Origin: Fibrobacterales bacterium
Lineage (GTDB): Bacteria; Fibrobacterota; Fibrobacteria; Fibrobacterales; JAOPTW01
Length of the DNA: 64,000 nucleotides
Reading direction: 5' to 3'
Assembly: GCA_051532035.1 (NCBI GenBank)
Contig: JAOPTW010000013.1
Location: forward strand, 224,001 to 288,000
Of the stretch, positions 49,167 to 59,624 are shown piece after piece (the first letter of the stretch is position 1; every line of letters begins with the position of its first letter). The translations under genes were made by a program, and so were the position numbers. The notes under the pieces were generated by a model. That model was not told the origin of the DNA, did not search any database, and saw only the letters and a program-made list of their open reading frames with translations.

Positions 49167-50669
49167 ATGAAAGCATTCAAACATTTAGTACTTGCATTAG
49201 GGCTCACGGCTTCTATTGCTCAAGCAGAATACACAATTACCGATGTCACCCACCCAACAACAGCAGGATCGAAAATTCTGTTTAGCGTAGAAGGTGGCAG
49301 CGCATACATAGGAGCTGCATGGGCATATGGCGAACGACAAGAACTCTTTATCACCGATGGTATTGAGGCAAGCCAAATAACTGAAAACACCCTTATGGAT
49401 CGTTTCGCAGGAGTTGATAACGGTCAGTACGCCTATCACGTTCCTGGAGAGCCGGGTGTATATATATATAATGGTGTAGAAACAATCAATGTTGCACCTG
49501 AAGCATCACTCGGCTGGGAAGGACTCTCATTTAGCAACGGCCAAGCAGTGTTCTCAATGTGGGATGGCAATGATTCAGAAGTTTTCCTCTACAACGGTTC
49601 AGAGCTTGTTCAAATCACCGATAACGACATCAGAGATGACCAACCGGTTATACATAATGGCACTATCGTTTGGGTTGGTGGAGAACTAGGAATACATGAA
49701 GTCTATAGCTGGAAAAATGGTGTCATCACACAGATTCCTTCTGGGACTGGTGCAATGAACCCTATTGTTGAAAACGATATCTTTGTTTGGGGCGAATATA
49801 TACCAGGCAGTAATCGTGAAGTATTTATGCACGCAAACGGCGTTACAACCAATATCAGTAATAGCCCTAATATGGATGACGAGTTTGCTATTTCTAACGG
49901 ACAAATCGTTTGGAAATCACGCTACGACTTCGGTGGCCACCCCCCGTATAACTTTAATCACTACGAAGTAGTGCTCTTTGATGGAACAAATACCACATCA
50001 ATTAGTAGCCATGATGAAACGGTCAAAGATATCCGTATTGACAATGGTAACATCGTATATCTTAGTAAACAAATCTCTGGTGGAAATTTTGATGTATACC
50101 ACTACAACGGTGCAGTGGTTACACAGGTTACCGCTACAGCATCAAACGAAGGGTACCCTGTTATCGATGGGTCTTATATCGGCTGGACTGAATTAACGGT
50201 AGATGGCGATCTTGTTAAAATTGCAGCAATAACTGGTTGGGATCCAACTGAACGTTTCTTCCTTACTGCACGTCATAGTGGCAAGGCTCTTGATGGCGCC
50301 GGTGGAGACAATGGCTCTAACGTACAGCAGTGGGATCTTCACGGTGGTTTAAACCAACAGTGGACTATTAATGCTAGTACTTTTGGACACGCCATTACCA
50401 ACGTGGCAAGCGGAAAAGTACTTGATGTTGCTGAATGGTCAAAAGAGAATGGTGGCAATGCACACCAGTGGGACTGGGTTGATGGACTCAATCAACAGTG
50501 GGTTCTTACCCAAATCGAAAATGGTGCGTATATCATCATGAACGTACTCAGTGGCAAAGTTCTCGATGTTTCTGAATACGCAACATGGAATGGCGCATCA
50601 GTACACCAATGGGAGTATGTTGGTGCCGACAATCAGCACTGGGATATTACCAAAGTAATTGCTGAGTAA
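49167..50669 (+). CDS. Secreted beta-propeller-like repeat protein with C-terminal ricin-B lectin
   Basis: Signal peptide; repeated VW...EVFLYNG...QIT units; SGKVLDV...NQQW ricin repeats. Confidence 0.82.
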   Translation: MKAFKHLVLALGLTASIAQAEYTITDVTHPTTAGSKILFSVEGGSAYIGAAWAYGERQELFITDGIEASQITENTLMDRFAGVDNGQYAYHVPGEPGVYIYNGVETINVAPEASLGWEGLSFSNGQAVFSMWDGNDSEVFLYNGSELVQITDNDIRDDQPVIHNGTIVWVGGELGIHEVYSWKNGVITQIPSGTGAMNPIVENDIFVWGEYIPGSNREVFMHANGVTTNISNSPNMDDEFAISNGQIVWKSRYDFGGHPPYNFNHYEVVLFDGTNTTSISSHDETVKDIRIDNGNIVYLSKQISGGNFDVYHYNGAVVTQVTATASNEGYPVIDGSYIGWTELTVDGDLVKIAAITGWDPTERFFLTARHSGKALDGAGGDNGSNVQQWDLHGGLNQQWTINASTFGHAITNVASGKVLDVAEWSKENGGNAHQWDWVDGLNQQWVLTQIENGAYIIMNVLSGKVLDVSEYATWNGASVHQWEYVGADNQHWDITKVIAE

Positions 50670-50730
50670 AAAGTCCATTGCGACTATAACAACGATAGAG
50701 TATAAATCGACACAAATTTAACAGTACCAA

Positions 50731-50768
50731 TGATAAAAACGGCTACCCTAGGGTGGCCGTTTTTATCA
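50731..50768. terminator. Bidirectional intrinsic terminator
   Basis: TGATAAAAACGGCTACCC-ta-GGGTGGCCGTTTTTATCA between convergent genes. Confidence 0.8.
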
Positions 50769-50788
50769 TCACCCCACTTTTACACTTA

Positions 50789-53203
50789 TTATTCTTTTAA
50801 ATATTTGTTCATAGTTTCACTGAGTTCGTGAAGTTTAAACGGTTTTCTTAAAAAAGCACATACACCCGATTTTTTCAAATCTGTCATGCTGCCATCAGGT
50901 GAGAAGCCTGTTGTAACAATAACCTTGCAATCACTCTTAATTTCTTTAAGCTTGGGAAATGCATCTCGTCCATTCATGACAGGCATGATCATATCCAGTA
51001 GTATGATATCAACGGTATTACAATGTTCTTCATATAATTTTACTGCCTCTGCCCCATTGTAGGCACTGATCACGGAATAGCCGAGGTCCTTGAGCATATG
51101 CGACATTGTAAGCTGTAAAATTTCTTCATCGTCTACAAGTAAAACCGTACCCTTACCCTTTATCGCTGGTTTATCAACATTTTCTTCAACTACGTGGGTA
51201 TCACATAAAGGCAAATATATAGAAAAGGTTGCCCCCTTCCCCTCGATACTCGTCACATTAATTACGCCTTTGTGGTCAACTACCATACCATGTACTGCAG
51301 CGAGCCCAAGACCAGTTCCCTCGCCCTGTTTTTTTGTCGTATAAAAAGGCTCGAATATTTTTGAGAGACTTTTCAGAGGTATTCCACACCCAGTATCGTG
51401 AATCAAAATTTCAATAAACTCACCGGGAACAATATCAAAAGATGACTTTTCACAAAACGCATGTTCTAAAGTCACCTGATGAGTTTCAAAAGTTATTGAC
51501 CCTCCATCCGGCATAGCTTGACTTGCATTAATACCAATATTTAAAAAGGCATTACCCAACGCAGAGTCATCACCAATAATACCGGCATTATTCATATTTT
51601 TTTCAATTGATACGGTAATATTCTTATTTATGGTTCGTGACAACATATCAACAGTATCATCCAATATTGTATGTACATCGACTGTGGTAGATACAAATTT
51701 ACCCTTATGACCAAAAGACAGCAATTTATTGGTCAAATCCGATGCCCGGTCAGCACTTTGTACAATAAGATCTACATACTTTTCCCCTTTTTCATTGAGG
51801 TTAACAGAAGGGGACTTTAAGAGCTGCGCTCCTCCGAGTATCCCCGCAAGCATATTATTAAAGTCGTGTGCAACACCACCAACCAATTGACCGATCGCAT
51901 CCATTTTTCTGCCGTGACTCAACTCCTTCTGCATCTCAGTCTCTTTTGTAACATCGTCAATTCGAATTACCGCACCAACAGATGTTTTTTCATACAAAGG
52001 ATAAATGGTAATGTTTTCATAGAGTTCCGCCCCCGATTCCGACATACGTTCCGAAACGTCCCTGATAAGTTCTCCTGTTTCAATACTCTCAAGCACCTTT
52101 TTGCTAATACCTTTAAATCGAGAATCAAGCTTCGTTAAGAGCCTCCCATTGGCATTATCTTCAGATATACCGGTATTGATAGCTGCGGTTGTATTCCACT
52201 GAGTAACAGTTAAATCGGCGTCAACCCCAATGAGTATTGAGGGCATTGAGTTAATGATATTCGATAGGTAATATTTGAGCTTCACAGTCTCTTTTTCCGC
52301 CACTGTGCGTTCGCTAAATGCAGTAGCCAGCACATAGACCATTAAGGATAAAATGGCAATAAATGCCTGCAGGTTGCTCATGGTTACATATACATGTTTC
52401 TCATCCACCAGTTCTCCAAAACCATTGAGCGTGGCCCAAATAGCAATTGATGACACCAGAAATGAAGAGATGGCCGTGACCCGTCTCCCAAAGCGTATTG
52501 CCGCCCATAACAACAATGGTATTAATATATAAACCGGAAAAGTCACTCCATCAAATAACAGACCGAATACCACTGTCCCCCCAAAAACAATCATCGTCCC
52601 AAGGGAAAACAACTCAATACGACGATCTTTAATGTCAGGTATAACCGATGGACCACTCCACCCTAAAAACATAAGTGTTACTAATAACACCCCCACAAAG
52701 TCACCAATCCACCAGGTCTTAATAACCGCAAAATACAAGTCCCACGCGACAACCCCTGAAACACACAATGCCGTGGCACCAATTCCCGCACCAACAACAG
52801 CCATTGCGGCTGCCACCATAATGAAACGTAACACGCCAAGTGACGTGAGTAATCTGTTTTCTGTATCAATATAGCGTCTAAAGAGATAGGCACCGACATA
52901 CACTTCAACAACTTTGCCTGCTGCCACTACAATGTTTACCAAAGAAAAGGCGTCTAGGAAGGCTGAGTCGCCTCCCCCACTCATTTTTGTTAAAATCGCA
53001 CCAATAAAAATAACCGGCAGGTACCGGTATCCTAAAAGTAAAATCATGGCGAAGGCAAAACCTACAGGTGGCCACACCAGTGATGAGCTAATACCCTCAA
53101 AAACAAGCCGTTCAGACAAAGCCTCAATAATGGCATAAATAATAGTCAATGAAAGCATTGAAATAAAATAAGAAGCACCAAATTTGTTTTCGCTATTATC
53201 CAT
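50789..53203 (-). CDS. MASE1-PAS hybrid histidine kinase with REC domain
   Basis: VWPPVG and WWIGD (MASE1), GVAHDFNNML, AMPDGG, FEPFYTTK, GTGLGL, LLDMIMP. Confidence 0.92.
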   Translation of the reverse strand: MDNSENKFGASYFISMLSLTIIYAIIEALSERLVFEGISSSLVWPPVGFAFAMILLLGYRYLPVIFIGAILTKMSGGGDSAFLDAFSLVNIVVAAGKVVEVYVGAYLFRRYIDTENRLLTSLGVLRFIMVAAAMAVVGAGIGATALCVSGVVAWDLYFAVIKTWWIGDFVGVLLVTLMFLGWSGPSVIPDIKDRRIELFSLGTMIVFGGTVVFGLLFDGVTFPVYILIPLLLWAAIRFGRRVTAISSFLVSSIAIWATLNGFGELVDEKHVYVTMSNLQAFIAILSLMVYVLATAFSERTVAEKETVKLKYYLSNIINSMPSILIGVDADLTVTQWNTTAAINTGISEDNANGRLLTKLDSRFKGISKKVLESIETGELIRDVSERMSESGAELYENITIYPLYEKTSVGAVIRIDDVTKETEMQKELSHGRKMDAIGQLVGGVAHDFNNMLAGILGGAQLLKSPSVNLNEKGEKYVDLIVQSADRASDLTNKLLSFGHKGKFVSTTVDVHTILDDTVDMLSRTINKNITVSIEKNMNNAGIIGDDSALGNAFLNIGINASQAMPDGGSITFETHQVTLEHAFCEKSSFDIVPGEFIEILIHDTGCGIPLKSLSKIFEPFYTTKKQGEGTGLGLAAVHGMVVDHKGVINVTSIEGKGATFSIYLPLCDTHVVEENVDKPAIKGKGTVLLVDDEEILQLTMSHMLKDLGYSVISAYNGAEAVKLYEEHCNTVDIILLDMIMPVMNGRDAFPKLKEIKSDCKVIVTTGFSPDGSMTDLKKSGVCAFLRKPFKLHELSETMNKYLKE

Positions 53204-53387
53204 AAAAACCTAGAATACAAGGAGTTGTGTCGTTACATTGATAATATCATTATTTTGATGAAAATGGTAGAATGACAGTCATTACCGCTTAAGTAATGAC
53301 ACCAATAATTATAACGATTGAAGGCTATCACAGTGAAAATCACGATCCAGAGGTGGCGACACAGTGAATTGTAGAGGCTCACGCCCC

Positions 53388-54110
53388 CTACTTACCACCA
53401 TTCAAATAATAGAGAACCTTCTGGGCCAGTTTCTTATAAGAAGCTTCTTTTGAAGACTGATTCTCAGGTCCATTAACGCGATAAGAGACATTGGTTATCT
53501 CTTTATTAACATTTTGATTGACCTCTTTATGAATCACATACGAGAGGCATTTCTCATTTTTTAGCACATCATACAAAGTGAAATATGCGGCAGTCTCACC
53601 ACTTTCGAGTAATATAACTTTTACACTCACCTGATTGATACTCGCCTCAAAGTCATCACTGATAAAGGCAGTGGGCTTACCCTCTCCATCGATAAATTTA
53701 TTGGTTTTCATTACTGTTTGAGTTCCCGCATTACTTATTTCAATCAAAAGATCGGTCTCAAGATGTTTCTGATACTTCTTAAAGGTTGGAGACTTAATTT
53801 TCCCTTTTACTTCTTCAAATATTGTTTGATTTCTAAGTAAATACTCATTGGTCATTAACTCTTTTTCGAGGATAGAAGGGAAATATGAGTCGGTGGCATG
53901 TCCCGACTTAACAGCAGTAGCTCTCTCATCCCTTATAACAACACTCAACTTTCGAGAGCTCTTGTTCTTTAAAAATGTCTCAAAGTTGTTACTGATAACA
54001 ATTTCATCTTTAATAGTGTTCGTACACCAGGCTTGTACTTTTTGTTCTGTCACCCGTGTAGAGCTACAGCCTATCAAAAAGAGAAGTGACAGTAGCGCGA
54101 TATATTTCAT
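53388..54110 (-). CDS. Hypothetical lipoprotein
   Basis: MKYIALL...LIGC lipobox, AAGGA RBS. Confidence 0.75.
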   Translation of the reverse strand: MKYIALLSLLFLIGCSSTRVTEQKVQAWCTNTIKDEIVISNNFETFLKNKSSRKLSVVIRDERATAVKSGHATDSYFPSILEKELMTNEYLLRNQTIFEEVKGKIKSPTFKKYQKHLETDLLIEISNAGTQTVMKTNKFIDGEGKPTAFISDDFEASINQVSVKVILLESGETAAYFTLYDVLKNEKCLSYVIHKEVNQNVNKEITNVSYRVNGPENQSSKEASYKKLAQKVLYYLNGGK

Positions 54111-54263
54111 AGTAAATTCCTTTAATAACTGTACGTCGAGTAGAGAGTACAATAACAAATCAATAGATTGCGTACAACATAGCAATATGTAGAGTGCTTA
54201 CAATACATTTAAGTATTATCATAACACTCCACCATCAGTTTTTAAAGGTCTTGAGACGTCTCC

Positions 54264-57200
54264 TTAGTGCTGTTCTACACCCCACGCTTCCATTTCAGCG
54301 AAATTGATATCGGCATTCTTATTCATCTTGAGCCTAATATACCGAGCCTCACCATCTATAGATATCTGAGTGCCACTCCCCATCTGACTCGTTTGATGAG
54401 ACACATCAATCCATGTAGCACCATCTGCAGAACGCTGAATGACAAAGTTATTCATACGATCCCCACAGCAATCAGTACGGTTCCACCAGTAGGTATCGGT
54501 AATATAATACAGTGAGCCAAGGTCAACCTGCCACCATGCACCTATCCCCGCACCATTGGTGTGTGCAAGGTTATAGCCATTATGCCAACCATTATAATCC
54601 CCATCCACTGCACGAGACGCCGTAAGACTCTGATAGGTACTCGTCTGAGTTGCACTCTTACCCCGTGAAACGAGGGTAATACCCGCTATACAGCCTGTAC
54701 CATCAACAGGAACATTTAAAGGTGTCGATACACATTGATCAAGTCCATCGTATACGCCATCCTCATCACTATCGAGCGGGCACCCATCAGTAGCAACAAT
54801 TGCTCCAATTACTGTCGAAGGACATTGATCTTCAGTATCATACACACCATCGAAATCACTATCGCGTTCATCATCTGTACATCCATGAACGTCAACAACC
54901 TCACCAATCGGTGTATTTGGACAATGGTCTTGTGAACCCATAACACCATCAAGGTCGGCATCTTGAGGTACCAGCACTCCAAATATTTGTACTTCAGCAA
55001 AATTGATTGCATCAGCTTTGTTTTGTACTAACCGTATATAGCGGGTCTGACTTTCTATGGGTATGTCAGTGCCATATCCCATTTGTGTCGTTTGATGTGA
55101 GATGGTAAACCATACAATACCATCAAGCGAACCTTGCACAGAATAGTTATTCATACGATCACTGCAACAGTCAAGACGATTATACCACACACTGTTGGTT
55201 ACGTAGTAGAGATCACCAAGGTCAACCTGCCACCAATGTCCAACGTTGTATTCATTAGTATGAGCAAGATTTGCCCCATTATGATAGGCACTTAAATCAC
55301 CATCCACTGCCCGTGAAGCAGTGAGCGATGCATACGTACTCGTCTGTGTAGCGTATTTACCTTGAGAGATATTGGTCACTCCCATTACACAGCCTTGTGT
55401 ATCAACGGCAATAAGTGCGGGAGTATTACTACACTGATCTATCCCATCAAAGACACCGTCACTATCACTATCAATTCCGCAACCCATCGCATCCACAACA
55501 ACATCCGATACTGTTGCAGGACATACATCAACGACATCAATAACACCATCACTGTCACTATCTCGTTCAGAGTCTGCGCAGCCGTTTTCATCAACAACGT
55601 CACCTTCAGGAGTGTTCGCACAAAGATCATCACTATCCAATACACCATCGTCGTCGTGATCTTGTGGTGAAAGTATGCCAAAAATTTGTGCTTCAGAAAA
55701 ATTAAAGTGAGAATTGATGTTCATGATCATACGCACATACCGCGCTTCTTCATTAATAGTTATAGATGTAGGGCGTGCCATAATAGTGTTCTGGTCAGAT
55801 ACCGTAGTCCACGTACTCCCATCAAGAGAGATTTGAATGCTGTAGTTACTCATACGGTCACTACAGCAATCAGAGCGGTTCCACCAATCACTCGATGTTA
55901 TAAAATAGACAGCACCCAGATCGACCTGCCACCATTCACCGGCATTGCCATAATAGTTGTGAGCCATATCGGGATAGGTTCCTATAGTATTGCCATCAAC
56001 GGCTACACTCGCGTTTAAATTGAGATACGAAGGATGTGTACTACTTTGAGTGGCTTGTTTTCCGTATGAAACATTGGTCACACCAATAACGCATCCATTT
56101 CCATCAATAGGAAAGCCTGTTGGACTATCAGGACACTGGTCAAGCCCATCAAAGACCCCATCAGTATCACTATCAATGCCACACCCAGAGGCGTCAACGA
56201 CCACTCCTGATTGTGTCGTTGGGCACTGATCATCAGTATTCATAATACCATCCGTATCATCATCAATTTGTGATTGCGCACACCCAACGCCATTAACGTC
56301 CTCGCCTAGTGGTGTTCCAGGACATTGATCAGCATGATCTTCAACGCCATCGTCATCGGTATCCACCGGTGCAAGCGTACCAAATATCTGTACTTCACTT
56401 AAGTTAAGGGCCGTCTGTTTGTTGAGAACAATTCTTACATAACGCGCTGCTGCATTAAGATTTATACGCGTTGGAAAAGCCATCTCATCAGTTTGCACGC
56501 TTGCCGTAACCCACTGAGAAGCATCAAGAGAGTATTGAATGGTATAGCTATCCATGCGATCACTACAACAATCGAGTCTATTAAACCACTCAGTTTCTGT
56601 TATGTCATATACTGCACCAAGGTCTATCATGAGCCACTCTGCTGGGCCGCCAGCACTATGAGCCAGCTGAGGATTATATCCGGTAACCACACCATCAACC
56701 GCTTTAGAAGCATAATAATCACTATACGTGCTACTCATATAGGCGGTTTTGCCATACGCAATATTTGAATGATCAACAAAGGTTTGCCCGAGCCGTGAAA
56801 GGACCCAACGCCCTGAGGTTGAAAAGTCACTCGGAACCCATGGCCCTGCAAGATCATTATTAATGAGTGCTGCTGATGTTTCGTCACGAATACTGAGCGA
56901 CCAGTTAAACCAACTATAATTATGCTTCTGTGCCCAATCAAGCCAAAGAGATGATTGATATAAGTCGAGTATTCCATTACCACTTGCATCAACAGTGCCA
57001 AACTCTGATATGATAAGAGGCACGCTGTTTAATCGAGCACTATTCCCTGCATCTCTCAGCCACTGACCATGAGTCGCTGCATAAAAGTGTATGTTATAAA
57101 GAATACCCCGTCCAACATTTGACGTAATTTGATTGTTAATTACATCCCCGACATTCTGACTCCAGTTTGGAGTACCTACCGTTGCAAGATTATCAGAATA

Positions 57201-57785
57201 AAGCCTGATACCACTGAGCACATGTTCAGCCCATGGTTTAATAGTATTAGGAAAGCTCACCGCCAGAGGCTCATTTCCGAGCTCAAAGAGCAGATTATCA
57301 AAGGCACCATACTCTTGAGCAATTTCAGTAAAAAAGCTGTAGGCTTCATTATAATACTCTGTACTCCAAGGGTTGGGGTCATTCAATATATGCCAATCAA
57401 CCAGGATATAGATGTCTGAGAGTATCGCATCTTGTATCAAATCTTTCATTTTTTGACGATACAGGGCTTTTCCTGCTGCATCTTGGTTCATATACCCATG
57501 AGCTGCTTCGTAGGTGTACATGGCAACACGTACTGCATTAGAGCCAGTAAGAGAAACGATATTAGGGATTGTGTGGCCTACTACCCATTCAGTATCCCAG
57601 TTTTTGAGATCGAGGGCGCTAAAGCCTTTAAGTTGGTAGGGGTTCCCATGAATATCACAGATAGTATAACCGTACTCTCCCCCTTTATTGAGTACCTGTA
57701 GGTCTCCGTGATCTGAAACTGGCCCTGCAAATAGTGTATTTGACAGTAACATCAATAATAATACCAATATGTAGCTGTATTTCAT
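54264..57785 (-). CDS. GH5 (subfamily-2-like) endoglucanase with four F-type lectin (CBM47-like) domains separated by thrombospondin-3-like repeats
   Basis: VRVAMY, VDWH, ELGNEP, HFYAATH, ISEFG, NWS; four H...NRxDCCxDR modules; DxDxDG/DQCP repeats. Confidence 0.88.
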   Translation of the reverse strand: MKYSYILVLLLMLLSNTLFAGPVSDHGDLQVLNKGGEYGYTICDIHGNPYQLKGFSALDLKNWDTEWVVGHTIPNIVSLTGSNAVRVAMYTYEAAHGYMNQDAAGKALYRQKMKDLIQDAILSDIYILVDWHILNDPNPWSTEYYNEAYSFFTEIAQEYGAFDNLLFELGNEPLAVSFPNTIKPWAEHVLSGIRLYSDNLATVGTPNWSQNVGDVINNQITSNVGRGILYNIHFYAATHGQWLRDAGNSARLNSVPLIISEFGTVDASGNGILDLYQSSLWLDWAQKHNYSWFNWSLSIRDETSAALINNDLAGPWVPSDFSTSGRWVLSRLGQTFVDHSNIAYGKTAYMSSTYSDYYASKAVDGVVTGYNPQLAHSAGGPAEWLMIDLGAVYDITETEWFNRLDCCSDRMDSYTIQYSLDASQWVTASVQTDEMAFPTRINLNAAARYVRIVLNKQTALNLSEVQIFGTLAPVDTDDDGVEDHADQCPGTPLGEDVNGVGCAQSQIDDDTDGIMNTDDQCPTTQSGVVVDASGCGIDSDTDGVFDGLDQCPDSPTGFPIDGNGCVIGVTNVSYGKQATQSSTHPSYLNLNASVAVDGNTIGTYPDMAHNYYGNAGEWWQVDLGAVYFITSSDWWNRSDCCSDRMSNYSIQISLDGSTWTTVSDQNTIMARPTSITINEEARYVRMIMNINSHFNFSEAQIFGILSPQDHDDDGVLDSDDLCANTPEGDVVDENGCADSERDSDSDGVIDVVDVCPATVSDVVVDAMGCGIDSDSDGVFDGIDQCSNTPALIAVDTQGCVMGVTNISQGKYATQTSTYASLTASRAVDGDLSAYHNGANLAHTNEYNVGHWWQVDLGDLYYVTNSVWYNRLDCCSDRMNNYSVQGSLDGIVWFTISHQTTQMGYGTDIPIESQTRYIRLVQNKADAINFAEVQIFGVLVPQDADLDGVMGSQDHCPNTPIGEVVDVHGCTDDERDSDFDGVYDTEDQCPSTVIGAIVATDGCPLDSDEDGVYDGLDQCVSTPLNVPVDGTGCIAGITLVSRGKSATQTSTYQSLTASRAVDGDYNGWHNGYNLAHTNGAGIGAWWQVDLGSLYYITDTYWWNRTDCCGDRMNNFVIQRSADGATWIDVSHQTSQMGSGTQISIDGEARYIRLKMNKNADINFAEMEAWGVEQH

Positions 57786-57917
57786 TGCTTCCCCTTTATT
57801 TGTGAATGTATTTCTGTAATGACTACAAAATAGCTTTAGAACTGAGTACAAGACTACGCCATCGCAAGGACAGTCGATATACCCTGTATATCTAGTTCCA
57901 CAGTTAATTTTATTCTA

Positions 57918-57939
57918 GGCTGTGATAGACTTTACATTT
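57918..57939. promoter_or_regulatory. CRP-like operator upstream of the GH5 gene
   Basis: TGTGA-tagact-TTACATTT. Confidence 0.5.
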
Positions 57940-57963
57940 AAAGAGAATTTGTTATGGTTATTT

Positions 57964-58635
57964 TTATTCCTGAGTGTTGTCTAATACCTTCAAAAGTTCC
58001 ACGCCACTTAAGCGAACTTTATAATTTGCATTGGTATAGACATATTGAATTACTCTCGATTGATTGAGTATGAACACTGACGGCACAGGAAGAAGATTAT
58101 GATCTTTCCCCGAGTCCCTTTCAAGATCGATACTATAGGAATTGAGGTACTTGTTAACCAAACTTTTGGGAACCTGAAAGGCTATACCAAATGTGAGAGC
58201 AAGACTCATATCACTGTTAGACACCAGTGTAATAGGCAGGTTTTTCTTAGTCTTATGAAAATTAACTGTAGAAGGCTTATCAGGACTGACCGCCAGTAAC
58301 GCATATCCTTTTTTGATAATATCAGGCTCAATAGCCTGTAAGTCTTTGAGATGAGTATTACAGTAAGGACACCACCCGCCACGATAAAAAACAACCACAA
58401 TGGGCTTCTTCGAATCCTTTGAGCTTAAAGAAGCGGTCAGAGTAGTCCAGGTATCTACAGAGATCGTATCACCTTTTTTGAGAGGAGTAATACTCTCTGC
58501 TGATTGAGGAATAGCATCACCTGCCCAGCTCATTTGTACAAAGAGCATACAGGCGATAGTTACGGTTAAAAACCTCGTAGTGTGCTGCAAGCGTATAGTC
58601 CTACGCGTAAAATAACTGGTTCTTTTCATGATCAT
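57964..58635 (-). CDS. Exported AhpC/TSA peroxiredoxin-like protein
   Basis: VVFYRGGWCPYCN, AVSPD, LPVPSVF. Confidence 0.88.
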   Translation of the reverse strand: MIMKRTSYFTRRTIRLQHTTRFLTVTIACMLFVQMSWAGDAIPQSAESITPLKKGDTISVDTWTTLTASLSSKDSKKPIVVVFYRGGWCPYCNTHLKDLQAIEPDIIKKGYALLAVSPDKPSTVNFHKTKKNLPITLVSNSDMSLALTFGIAFQVPKSLVNKYLNSYSIDLERDSGKDHNLLPVPSVFILNQSRVIQYVYTNANYKVRLSGVELLKVLDNTQE

Positions 58636-59047
58636 ACTCCACTAGTACCTGATGCTTAGAGTTCTCTTCTGTCAATATCATATTTCGAAGCAATGACGTA
58701 CCAATCAATTCCATAAACGTAAATATGTTATGGGCGTCTGTGTCTGTTTTGATGTCGTTTGGGTCAATATCGAGCTCTATTTCAGTAGAATCAAAGAACT
58801 GACAATTTACTTTTACTGCATTGATAAATATTTCTAACTCAAACAGATCATCTGTTTCAAAGACGTCTTTAAACCGAAATAATGTAATATCAATTTTTTC
58901 GTGATTCTTTAAGAGCGATACGTCATGGTCAGAATCCATAAGGAAACGCATCAAACATTGCCACTCAACCTTTCCGGTATCTTTTACGAATAAATCCCGA
59001 AGAGTGCCATCAACGTGAAATATTGCTCTATTTTTTGCTGAAATCAT
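58601..59047 (-). CDS. Hypothetical protein
   Basis: 148 aa ORF in an operon-like run; DGTLRD...NCQFF...EIELDIDP. Confidence 0.7.
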   Translation of the reverse strand: MISAKNRAIFHVDGTLRDLFVKDTGKVEWQCLMRFLMDSDHDVSLLKNHEKIDITLFRFKDVFETDDLFELEIFINAVKVNCQFFDSTEIELDIDPNDIKTDTDAHNIFTFMELIGTSLLRNMILTEENSKHQVLVEYDHEKNQLFYA

Positions 59048-59062
59048 AATGACGGGTACCTT

Positions 59063-59398
59063 TTACAAATTGTTAGAATCGACAAACCAGAGAATATTTC
59101 CATCATAATCCTTAACTCTAAATTCATTTCCCTTATCACTATTTTCAGGGAGCTGAATAAAGATCACCCCATTATCATTAAATTCTTTGAATAATTCTCG
59201 AAAGTTAGAAACCCCAAAGAGCAGTTGCTGTGTACTGTGATTCTCTGTTTCTTGCAGCATCAAACTAACCCCATCACGACTTATCTGAGCATAGCCCTCA
59301 CCTTCTGAATCGACAACAAAGTTAAACATCTCTTTGTAGAGGTCGATAGCAGTCTCAAGGTGTGACGTAGTGAATATTGGTGTACAGAATTCAATCAT
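59063..59398 (-). CDS. VOC/glyoxalase family protein
   Basis: PIF...AIDLY...F; EFRVKDYDGNILWF. Confidence 0.8.
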   Translation of the reverse strand: MIEFCTPIFTTSHLETAIDLYKEMFNFVVDSEGEGYAQISRDGVSLMLQETENHSTQQLLFGVSNFRELFKEFNDNGVIFIQLPENSDKGNEFRVKDYDGNILWFVDSNNL

Positions 59399-59624
59399 AA
59401 ATGGTTCTCAGTGATAAAGAAAACGAGTGGACATATAAATCTAACCAAATCTATCATATTTACAACGCTAAACATTTCGGAACACTCTCGGAACGGTTTA
59501 ATTGAAGGCAATAGTAGGCTCGACCATCTGACATAGTCAGCACTCCCCTCTTATACTACTTTCGTTTGTGTTGATATACTATCATCAATCAGATCAATAA
59601 AACAAACGATAAAAGGGACACTTT

